Source: an uncultured Anaerolineaceae bacterium (GTDB lineage: Bacteria; Chloroflexota; Limnocylindria; Limnocylindrales; CSP1-4). Taken from it: a DNA stretch of 64,000 bases. Each line of letters opens with the position of its first letter. The first letter of the stretch is position 1. A program made the translations under genes and the position numbers. Positions 17,027 to 24,623 of this stretch are shown here, in pieces. The notes under the pieces were generated by a model, which saw only the letters and a list, made by a program, of their open reading frames with translations, was not told the origin of the DNA and ran no database searches. The stretch lies in contig CAYYVV010000008.1 of NCBI GenBank assembly GCA_964475245.1, positions 14,078-78,077 on the forward strand, given 5' to 3'.

Positions 17027-18042
17027 CAGCTGGCACCTCCGGCAGCGGCCTTGTCGCGCAGGCCATCGAGGATCTTCTCAGGTGTCACCGGGAGGGCGTC
17101 GACGCGCACGCCACAGGCGTGATAGATCGCGTTGACGATCGCCGGGATGGGCGAGTTGGCGGTCATCTCGCCGACGCCCTTGACGCCGTACGGACCGTTA
17201 GCCGAGGGCACCTCGAGGACGACCGCCTCGATCTTCGGCAGCTCCGCCGGCCCGGGCATCAGGTACTCGGCGAAATCCTTGGGTGAGTGCTCGCGCGCCG
17301 GGTAATAGGGCTCAGTCGTCTCGTACAGCGCATGCGACATGCCCATCCAGGCACCGCCGACGATCTGGCCGTGGACGAGCGCCGGGTTGACCTGCCGGCC
17401 GACCTCGTAGGCGCTGCGGATGCTGAGCACGCTCACGACGCCGGTCTCGGTGTCGACCTCAACCTCGGCGATGGTGCACGCGTGGGCCTCGGTCGAATCG
17501 GGGTCCATGGCGCCCGTCTCCGGGTCCACCGGGCTCTTTGGTTTCATCCACGCACCACGGCCGGCGATGGTGCGTCCGTACTGGAACTGGGCGCGCGAGG
17601 CAAGGTCGGCGATGCTCTTGGCGCTGCTCGGGACGCCCTTGACCATGACCTGGCCGTGGCCGTCCGTGACGAGGTCATCGACCGAGCACTCGAGCTCTTC
17701 CGCGGCGAGCTCCAGCACGGACCGGCGCGCCTCGAGCGCGGCAGCAATGACCGCGTTGCCGACGCGGTGCGTCGCCCGACTGGCGAAAGTGCCCATGTCG
17801 TGCGGTCCGGTGTCCGTGTCAGCAGTGTCAACGACGATCTGGTCGTAGTCGACGCCGAGCGTCTCGGCCGCGATCTGGGCAATGACCGTCTTGAGGCCCT
17901 GGCCAAGGTCCGTGGCGGACAGCACGACGTTGAACGAGCCACTCGTCGTGGCATGGACGAGCGCCTGCGACGGGTCACCGCCCAGGTTCATTCCCGTCGG
18001 ATAGTTGACGGCGGCGAAGCCCGTACCCCTCAGCTTGGCCAT
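17026..18042 (-). CDS. Molybdenum hydroxylase (xanthine dehydrogenase family) Mo-binding subunit, C-terminal polypeptide
   Basis: 338 aa. Carries the second half of the molybdopterin-binding domain and the catalytic GVGE motif (PYGVKGVGEMTANSPIPAIVNAI). It has its own ATG, with GGGAGGG 8 nt upstream. Confidence 0.85.
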   Translation of the reverse strand: MAKLRGTGFAAVNYPTGMNLGGDPSQALVHATTSGSFNVVLSATDLGQGLKTVIAQIAAETLGVDYDQIVVDTADTDTGPHDMGTFASRATHRVGNAVIAAALEARRSVLELAAEELECSVDDLVTDGHGQVMVKGVPSSAKSIADLASRAQFQYGRTIAGRGAWMKPKSPVDPETGAMDPDSTEAHACTIAEVEVDTETGVVSVLSIRSAYEVGRQVNPALVHGQIVGGAWMGMSHALYETTEPYYPAREHSPKDFAEYLMPGPAELPKIEAVVLEVPSANGPYGVKGVGEMTANSPIPAIVNAIYHACGVRVDALPVTPEKILDGLRDKAAAGGAS

Positions 18043-18044
18043 GG

Positions 18045-19397
18045 CTAACGCCCTCCCTCAGTCGAGCGTGGTGCCGACGTCATGCGTTTGAGCTCGGGCG
18101 CCAGCTCGTGCCCGACCAGCTCCGCCGCGGCCTGCATCGTCTCGATCAGCGTCGCGTCCTCGACCACCTTGCGGTGCGGTTTGATGTCGCCGTTGTGGTA
18201 GGCGTTGATGAAGTGCAGCGTCCACGGGTCGATGCCCAGCTTCTCGGCGATCTTGTCCATCTGGACCTCGAGCGCGAATGACGCCATCGTGATGCCGAAG
18301 CCGCGCATCGCCGACGAGGGCGTGCGGTTGGTGTAAACGCAGTAGGCGTCGACGTAAACGTTGGGGATGAAATACGGACCTGCCGCGTTGGCAGCGAACT
18401 TGGTTATCGAGTACGGAGTCTGGCGGCTGTATGCGCCGCAATCGAAGAGGTTGACGACCTTGCGCGCGACGATACGTCCGTCGGCCATCACACCGTCCTT
18501 GATGCGGATCGTCTCCGAGGCACGGGTGGAGCTGACCTGCATCTCTTCCTGGCGGGTGAAAACGTAGCGCACCGGGCGGCCGGTCTTCATCGCCGCGAGC
18601 GTGGCCAGCGGCTCGACGATCACGTCGACCTTGCCGCCGAAGCCGCCACCGACCATGCCGCCGATGAAGTGGAGCTGGTTGCCGGGGACCTGGAGGATGA
18701 TCGAGGTGTTGTCGAGGCTGAAGTAGAGCGCCTGAGTGTTCGTGTACACCGTGTAGCGGCCGTTTTCCGCCGGCACGGCGATGCAACCGGTCGTCTCGAC
18801 GGGCGCCTGCTCGATTGGACTTGTCCGGTATTCGCCCTCGACGATGTAGTCGGCCTTGGCGAAGGCAGCGTCCACGTCGCCGAAGCGCACGCGGCGGCAG
18901 TTGTGGCCCTCATACATGAACGTGTTGTTGCCCCAGTGGGTGACGACCGGAGCTCCGGGCGCGAGCGCGTCGTCCATGTCCAGCACCGCCGGCAGTTCCT
19001 CAAGATCGAGGCGCACCTTGGCCACGGCGTCAATCGCTGCAGCCTCGGTCTCGGCGGCGATGGCGATGATCGGCTCGCCCTTGTAGCGGACGCGCTCGCC
19101 GACCGGCGTCAGCAGGAACTCCTCCTCGGGCTCGACGCCGATCAGGCCGAGGATCGTGTAGACGTTGTGCGGCACGTCCGCGGCACTCAGCGCGCGGACG
19201 AAGCCGGGCACCTTCTCCGCCTCAGAAAGGTCGACGCCGCGCAGGCGCGCGTGATGTACGGGCGAGCGGACGATCTTGAGGTGGAGCATGCCCGGGAACG
19301 TCCGGTCGAAGGTGTAGATGTCGCGGCCGGTGACGTGGCCGAGGCCGTCGCTGCGCGCGACGGATTGGCCGACGACGCTCAGCGTCTCCTCGCTCAT
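18045..19397 (-). CDS. Molybdenum hydroxylase Mo-binding subunit, N-terminal polypeptide (a/b-hammerhead plus first Moco-binding half)
   Basis: 450 aa. Motifs GGMVGGGFGGK and SSAMRGFG. Ends with TAG 2 nt before the next ATG. Confidence 0.85.
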   Translation of the reverse strand: MSEETLSVVGQSVARSDGLGHVTGRDIYTFDRTFPGMLHLKIVRSPVHHARLRGVDLSEAEKVPGFVRALSAADVPHNVYTILGLIGVEPEEEFLLTPVGERVRYKGEPIIAIAAETEAAAIDAVAKVRLDLEELPAVLDMDDALAPGAPVVTHWGNNTFMYEGHNCRRVRFGDVDAAFAKADYIVEGEYRTSPIEQAPVETTGCIAVPAENGRYTVYTNTQALYFSLDNTSIILQVPGNQLHFIGGMVGGGFGGKVDVIVEPLATLAAMKTGRPVRYVFTRQEEMQVSSTRASETIRIKDGVMADGRIVARKVVNLFDCGAYSRQTPYSITKFAANAAGPYFIPNVYVDAYCVYTNRTPSSAMRGFGITMASFALEVQMDKIAEKLGIDPWTLHFINAYHNGDIKPHRKVVEDATLIETMQAAAELVGHELAPELKRMTSAPRSTEGGR

Positions 19398-19876
19398 CGA
19401 GTGGCCTCCTGTCCGGCGCTGGCGGCAGCTGCGATGGCGTCGATGATCGGCTGGTAGCCCGTGCAGCGACAGATGTTGCCCGCGAGCGCGTCGACGATCT
19501 CGTCGCGCGTCGGGCTGGGATTATGCTCGAGGAGAGCCTTCGCGATCATCTCCATGCCCGGCGTGCAATAGCCGCACTGGTAGCCGTTGTTGTCCAGGAA
19601 TGCGCGCTGGATCGGATCGAGGTGATCCGGCGTGCTCAGTGCCTCGACCGTGGTGATCTTGCGCCCGGCAACGTCTTCGACCGGGAGCAGGCACGACATC
19701 ATCGGCTCGCCGTCGACGAGCACAGTGCAGCTGCCACAGCCACCCTGGCGGCAGCCCTCCTTGACCGACGTCATCCCGAGCTGGTTGCGGAGCACCGACT
19801 GGAGGGTCGTCAGCGGTGCGGCGATGATCTCGACCGCGCGCCCCGAGACCTCGAGGTTGACGATGACCGAGGCCAC
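19394..19876 (-). CDS. Molybdenum hydroxylase small subunit, 2x[2Fe-2S]
   Basis: CRQGGCGSCTV...C and CGYCTPGM...CRCTGY cluster motifs. 160 aa. Confidence 0.9.
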   Translation of the reverse strand: MASVIVNLEVSGRAVEIIAAPLTTLQSVLRNQLGMTSVKEGCRQGGCGSCTVLVDGEPMMSCLLPVEDVAGRKITTVEALSTPDHLDPIQRAFLDNNGYQCGYCTPGMEMIAKALLEHNPSPTRDEIVDALAGNICRCTGYQPIIDAIAAAASAGQEATR

Positions 19877-19877
19877 G

Positions 19878-20735
19878 CTACGCCTCCCTTCCCTGCGTTG
19901 AGGCGCTGGCGTCGAGCTGGGTCAAAGCCCGCGCGACGAAAAGCCTGACCATCTGTCGGCGGTACGCGTCCGTGGCGACCGCATCGGTGAACGGCTCGCA
20001 CTCCGCGGCCGCGGCGTCAGCCGCGGCCGCGATCACGGACGCCGACAGCGGCTGCCCGTCGACCGCGGCCTCCGCGTTGCTCGCGCGGATCGCGTGCGGA
20101 CCGGCGGCGCCGAGAGCGATCCGCGCGCCGCGGACAATGCCGTTGTCGAGGTTCGCGGTGACGGCCACGGTCACCACGGCCGGCGTGTTGTCACGCTTGC
20201 GGCCGAACTTGATGAAGCTCGTCGCGGCGCTCGTGACAGGGACGCTGATCGAGGTCAGCAGCTCGTCCGGGGCCACGACCGTGGTCATGAAGCCGGTCCA
20301 GAAGTCGTCGAGCGCGACCTCGCGCGTGCCGCTCCGGCCGGTGATCGTGGCAGTGGCGCCGAGGGCGAGCAGAGCCGCGGCGATGTCGCCGGCCGGTGGC
20401 GGCGCGAACAGGTTGCCGCCAACCGTGGCCATGTTGCGCACCGACCAGCTCGCGGTCCGCAGCGCCGCCGCGCGCAGCATCGGCACGTCGGTCTGCTCGA
20501 CGAGGCGCGTGATCGGCAGCGTCGCGCCGAGGATCACCTCGTCGCCCCGTCGGGTGTACGTGTCGAGTCCCGCACGGCGCAGGCCCATGACCTCTGCCGG
20601 CAACGAGATGCCCTCGTTGATGAGCGGCATGGCGATCGTGCCGCCGGCGATGACCAGGAGGTCGGCGCCGTGCGCGGCGAGGATGTCGAGTGCCTCCGAC
20701 ACGGACCCCGGCCGGTAGTAGTTGGCGATGGTCAC
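19878..20735 (-). CDS. Molybdenum hydroxylase FAD-binding subunit (CoxM/XdhB-like)
   Basis: 285 aa. The AGGTIAMPL region and overall layout match the medium FAD subunit. Confidence 0.85.
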   Translation of the reverse strand: MTIANYYRPGSVSEALDILAAHGADLLVIAGGTIAMPLINEGISLPAEVMGLRRAGLDTYTRRGDEVILGATLPITRLVEQTDVPMLRAAALRTASWSVRNMATVGGNLFAPPPAGDIAAALLALGATATITGRSGTREVALDDFWTGFMTTVVAPDELLTSISVPVTSAATSFIKFGRKRDNTPAVVTVAVTANLDNGIVRGARIALGAAGPHAIRASNAEAAVDGQPLSASVIAAAADAAAAECEPFTDAVATDAYRRQMVRLFVARALTQLDASASTQGREA

Positions 20736-21181
20736 GCGGAAACCTCCGTCTGGAGACGAGCATCGAGTGCCTTGAGTCCCTGGCCGATGAGCGTCTCGGC
20801 AAATCGTTCGGCGAAGCGCGAGTCCAGCCGCGCCAGCGGACCCTGGATCACCGCATTGCCCTGGTAATCAATCCTGGTGGCGGCGCGCTCCTCGTCGAGG
20901 ACAAAGGTGGCGTGCCCGCTGATCGAGCCCATCTGTCCCTCGAGGCGTCCATCGAGGGACGAGCGCTCTGGCGCCACTACATCAACCATGCGGACGCTGG
21001 TCCGGTACGTGCCGACGGCGCCGGGCAGCCGAAGCGAGACCGTGCCCTCGTAGTCACCACTGGCGCCAAGATGCACGTCGCGACAGCCCGGGATCACTGC
21101 CATCAGCGTCTCCGGATCGCAGATCGCGGCGAAGACACGTTCGCGCGGAGCGTGAAACAAGTACGTGCCGTGGACGTTCAC
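20732..21181 (-). CDS. CoxG-like SRPBCC protein
   Basis: 149 aa. The pattern HGTYLFHAPRERVFAAICDPETLMAVIPGC...GTYRTSVRMVD resembles the CoxG family. The GTG start overlaps the gntR stop (GTGA). Confidence 0.7.
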   Translation of the reverse strand: MNVHGTYLFHAPRERVFAAICDPETLMAVIPGCRDVHLGASGDYEGTVSLRLPGAVGTYRTSVRMVDVVAPERSSLDGRLEGQMGSISGHATFVLDEERAATRIDYQGNAVIQGPLARLDSRFAERFAETLIGQGLKALDARLQTEVSA

Positions 21182-21861
21182 GGTCGCCCCGCCTTCGCCA
21201 GCGCGCGCTCTACCTGGTCGAGATGGGCGGCCATGGCGTCGACGGCCGCGACCGAGTCGTGCGCGCTGATCGCGGCCAGGATTCGACCGTGGTCGCGCAG
21301 CACCCGCTGGCGGAATTGCCGTTCGGCGCCCGAGCGCTCGCGGCTCGCCCTGCCCAGGGTGTCGATGATTCTCATGAACTGGGCAAGGAGAAAGTTGTCG
21401 GCCGCTTCGCAGATGACATCGTGGAACTCGATGTCGAGTGAGCTGAAACGATCTGCGTCGTCGACTGCTACGCGCAGCTCCTTGACGATGGCCGACAGCC
21501 GCGCGAGCTGGGTGGCGCTTATGCGCTGCGCCGCGAGACGGACGTTGCCCAGCTCAACGACGCGGCGCGTCTCGAGCACCTGGGCCAGGGCGACGCTGTC
21601 CTTGGAGAAGACGAAGTCGAGATGCGACACGAGCTGCTGCGGCTCGAGCGCCGTGACGAAGGTGCCCGCTCCCTGGCGGATATCGACGACCTTCATGATC
21701 GACAGGGCGCGCAGGGCCTCGCGCAGCACGGGCCGGCTGACGTGCATCGTCGCGGCGAGCTCGCGCTCTGCCGGAAGTCGGTCGCCTGCGCGCAGCGACT
21801 TGGCCCTGATCAGGTCGAGCAGGCGGCTGGCGATCTCCTCGGGCAGCGTGCTGCGATCCAC
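21178..21861 (-). CDS. GntR-family transcriptional regulator, FadR subfamily (FCD domain)
   Basis: Winged-HTH LPAERELAATMHVSRPVLREALRALSIMKVVDIRQGAGTFV followed by an all-helical FCD-type C-terminal domain. Confidence 0.85.
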   Translation of the reverse strand: MDRSTLPEEIASRLLDLIRAKSLRAGDRLPAERELAATMHVSRPVLREALRALSIMKVVDIRQGAGTFVTALEPQQLVSHLDFVFSKDSVALAQVLETRRVVELGNVRLAAQRISATQLARLSAIVKELRVAVDDADRFSSLDIEFHDVICEAADNFLLAQFMRIIDTLGRASRERSGAERQFRQRVLRDHGRILAAISAHDSVAAVDAMAAHLDQVERALAKAGRP

Positions 21862-21978
21862 GACCGCAAAGCGCGGCCAGGGCGTCTGTTGCGTCGCGTG
21901 TTGCGCGTCGGCGGTACTGACAGTCAGCTCCAGTCCTCCTCGCGGCCGGGCTCGGCCGCCGCTCGCGATGCTAGCGTC

Positions 21979-22009
21979 GGTCTGATAAAGTCGTCAACTG
22001 GTCAGACCA
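21979..22009. promoter_or_regulatory. Candidate GntR/FadR operator(s)
   Basis: The palindrome TGGTCAGACCA (21999..22009) fits the FadR-subfamily consensus TNGTNNNACNA. An additional half-site GGTCTGA (21979..21985) is inverted relative to TCAGACC (22002..22008). The region lies in the divergent zone between gntR (21861) and the ABM gene (22048). Confidence 0.45.
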
Positions 22010-22047
22010 ATTTTGGACGCGCGCAGAGACGATCGAGGAGCGACCGG

Positions 22048-22335
22048 ATGATCGAACGTCACGTGAGCTACGAGGTCCCAATGGCCAAGTCGGCCGATTT
22101 CGAGCGCTTCTTCGTCGAGCGCTACCGGCCGCCGGTGCTCGATATGCCCGGCCTGCAGGAGTGCAGCCTGTTGCGCGAGTCGGACGATCCGACGCGTTAC
22201 CAGATGGTCTTCCGCTGGGACACGGCCGAAGATGCCACCGCGTGGCGCACGAGCGCGGTTCACCAGGCGCTCCAGCCCGACCTGAACGCGCTTCACTCGG
22301 GCATGCACATCGTCGCCTACACGAAGGTCGATTGA
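22048..22335 (+). CDS. Antibiotic-biosynthesis-monooxygenase (ABM/Dabb-fold) domain protein
   Basis: 95 aa. ATG at 22048 is preceded by GAGGAG. The remainder of the 237-aa ORF is an antisense artefact over gntR. Fold call is from size and the pattern ...CSLLRESDDPTRYQMVFRWDTAEDATAW.... Confidence 0.6.
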   Translation: MIERHVSYEVPMAKSADFERFFVERYRPPVLDMPGLQECSLLRESDDPTRYQMVFRWDTAEDATAWRTSAVHQALQPDLNALHSGMHIVAYTKVD

Positions 22336-22344
22336 GGCACAGTC

Positions 22345-23337
22345 ATGGCTGACGAGCGCTTCCTGGTGACCGGCGGCACAGGCTGTATCGGCGCCTGGGT
22401 CGTGCGCAACCTGGTGCGCCAGGGAGTGCCGGTCACGATTGTTTCGGCGCACGGCCGGCTCGATCGCCTGGAGCTGCTCCTGTCGCCTGAGGAGGTGGCG
22501 GCGCTCGATGTGGTCGCTGCCGACATCACCGACCTGGCCGCGATCGAGCCGGCCGCTCGCGGGCGCCGGCTGACACACATCATTCACCTTGCCGCGCTCC
22601 AGCTTCCGTTCTGTGCCGCTGATCCCGTCGCCGGCGCCCGCGTCAACGTCCAGGGCACGGCGACGATGTTCGAGCTCGCTCGCCGGCTGGAGATCGGCCG
22701 CGTCGTTTACGCCAGCAGCGCCGCGGTGTACGGGCCCAAGACGCGCTACTCGCAACAGATGCTGCCTGCCGACGCGGAGCTCGCGCCGACCTCACACTAC
22801 GGCGTGTTCAAGGTCGCCAACGAGCAGGACGCACGTGTGTGGTGGGAGTCGAACGGCATTGCCAGCATCGGCTTGCGGCCGCACTCGGTCTACGGCCCGG
22901 GTCGCGACCAGGGCGCGACATCGAAGCCGACCCTGGCCATGATCGCGGCCGCGGCCGGAAGGCCGTTCCGCATCGACTACAGCGGCGACTACCAGTTCCA
23001 GTTCGCTGATGACGTTGCGCGAACCTTCATTGCCGCGGCGCGCTCTGAGCTGGCAGGCGCAAACGTGTTCAGCCTGCCGGGGCCGGTAACGTCGGTCGCC
23101 GACGTGGTCGGCGCGATCGAGCAGGCGGAGCCCGCCGCCGCGGGCCGGATCACGGTCGACGACCGTGTTCTGGCGCTGCCCGCAGGCTTCGACGGTGCGC
23201 CGCTCGAGTCGGCGCTCGGCACGCAGCCGCTGACGCCGCTCGCTGACGGCGTGCGCCAGACGATCGAGGCATACCGAACCGCGCTCGGTGAGGGACACCT
23301 GGGCGACGACTACATGGCGCGCGTGCTCGGAGTGTGA
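22345..23337 (+). CDS. NAD-dependent epimerase/dehydratase (extended SDR)
   Basis: N-terminal Rossmann motif VTGGTGCIGAWVV and the catalytic YxxxK region (SHYGVFK). 330 aa. Confidence 0.85.
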   Translation: MADERFLVTGGTGCIGAWVVRNLVRQGVPVTIVSAHGRLDRLELLLSPEEVAALDVVAADITDLAAIEPAARGRRLTHIIHLAALQLPFCAADPVAGARVNVQGTATMFELARRLEIGRVVYASSAAVYGPKTRYSQQMLPADAELAPTSHYGVFKVANEQDARVWWESNGIASIGLRPHSVYGPGRDQGATSKPTLAMIAAAAGRPFRIDYSGDYQFQFADDVARTFIAAARSELAGANVFSLPGPVTSVADVVGAIEQAEPAAAGRITVDDRVLALPAGFDGAPLESALGTQPLTPLADGVRQTIEAYRTALGEGHLGDDYMARVLGV

Positions 23338-24623
23338 CCCTGGACACGACACAGATCCTGCTCGTGGTAGTGCCCCTGGCACTGATCGAGCTTGGTCTGC
23401 TCGTGCTCGCCGTCGTCGACCTGCTGCCCCAGGAGCGCCACGTTCGTGGTGGCAACAAGGCGCTCTGGGCGCTCGTGATCGTCTTCATCAACATCGTCGG
23501 GCCGCTGCTCTACTTCTTCGTCGGCCGCGACGAGAACGCTGGCGGCGAGCAACCCGAGCCGATTGCGCCGCCCGTCGGCTCCGTCGCCAACCTCGTCGCC
23601 GGTTGGCCGCGCCTGGCACAAGAGGCCGGGTCGGCCATCGAGACCCATGGCCTGTCGAAGCGTTATGGCTCGGTCCTCGCCCTCGAGGGGCTCGACCTCG
23701 CCGTGCCCAGCGGCAGCGTGTTCGGCTTCCTTGGCCCGAACGGCGCGGGCAAGACGACCACTCTCCGTCTGCTGACAGGTCTGGCGCGCGCCAGTGCCGG
23801 ATCGGCGTCCGTGGCCGGCGTCAAGATCGACAGCGCCGACGGGCAGCTCGCAACCAAGATCGGCTACCTCGACCAGGATCCGCGCTTCTACGGCTGGATG
23901 ACCGGGCGCGAGCTGCTCGAGCTTGTCGGGCGCCTGAACGGACTGCGCGGCTACGAGCTCAGTCAGCGCGTAGGCGACATCCTCGATCTCGTTGGCCTGA
24001 GCGATGCCGGCCGGCGCAGGATCGGCGGCTACTCGGGTGGCATGCGCCAGCGGCTGGGCATCGGCCAGGCGCTCGTCAACCAGCCCAGCGTGCTCTTCCT
24101 CGATGAGCCGGTCAGCTCGCTCGACCCGGAGGGCAGGCGCGACATCCTGGCCCTGATCGACGGCCTGCGCGGGTCGGTGACCGTGTTCATGTGCACGCAC
24201 ATCCTGAGCGACGTCGAGCGCGTGTGCGACCGCGTCGCGATCCTCAACGTCGGCCATCTCGTCGCCGAAGGCCCGATCGACGAGCTGCTCGATCGCTACG
24301 CCCAGCCGGTGTACGAGATCGAGCCCGAGCCACACCAGATCGACGCAGTGCAGCGACTGGCCGCGGTAATCAAGCCGCTGCCGTGGGTGAGCGAGGTCAG
24401 CCTGACGCCCGACATGGCGCGCGTGTTCGTGAGCGACCCGAAGGAGGCGGCCAGCGCGCTCCTGCCGCTCGTCGCCACAACCGGCATCGCCGTTGCGCGC
24501 TTCGAGCGCGGACGGCCGTCGCTCGAGGACGTCTTCATGCGTCTCGTCGCTCGTCCGGGACTTCAAGTCGTGCCGACGACCGAGATCCCGGTCACGGGCC
24601 TCGACGGGCGAGGCCGACGATGA
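23334..24623 (+). CDS. ABC transporter ATP-binding protein with an N-terminal PLDc_N-type small membrane domain
   Basis: Residues 1-65 are two TM helices ending in KALWALVIVFINIVGPLLYFFVGRDE (PLDc_N signature). A linker follows, then Walker A GPNGAGKTT, signature SGGMRQR and Walker B VLFLDEP. The GTG start overlaps the upstream stop (GTGA). Confidence 0.8.
   Translation: MTLDTTQILLVVVPLALIELGLLVLAVVDLLPQERHVRGGNKALWALVIVFINIVGPLLYFFVGRDENAGGEQPEPIAPPVGSVANLVAGWPRLAQEAGSAIETHGLSKRYGSVLALEGLDLAVPSGSVFGFLGPNGAGKTTTLRLLTGLARASAGSASVAGVKIDSADGQLATKIGYLDQDPRFYGWMTGRELLELVGRLNGLRGYELSQRVGDILDLVGLSDAGRRRIGGYSGGMRQRLGIGQALVNQPSVLFLDEPVSSLDPEGRRDILALIDGLRGSVTVFMCTHILSDVERVCDRVAILNVGHLVAEGPIDELLDRYAQPVYEIEPEPHQIDAVQRLAAVIKPLPWVSEVSLTPDMARVFVSDPKEAASALLPLVATTGIAVARFERGRPSLEDVFMRLVARPGLQVVPTTEIPVTGLDGRGRR

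Noticed and set aside
17026-19397. The split Mo-subunit could be a pseudogene caused by a nonsense mutation or frameshift.
   Set aside because: The second piece has its own ATG 2 nt after the TAG and a strong GGGAGGG Shine-Dalgarno 8 nt upstream. Both halves keep their catalytic motifs and the frames are clean. Sequencing error cannot be excluded without reads.
17026-21181. Carbon monoxide dehydrogenase (coxMSL), suggested by CoxG and the nearby coxD/E/xdhC-like genes.
   Set aside because: The large subunit shows AMRGFG/GGGFGGK and lacks the CODH active-site loop signatures (VAYRCSFR for form I, AYRGAGR for form II) as far as I can read.
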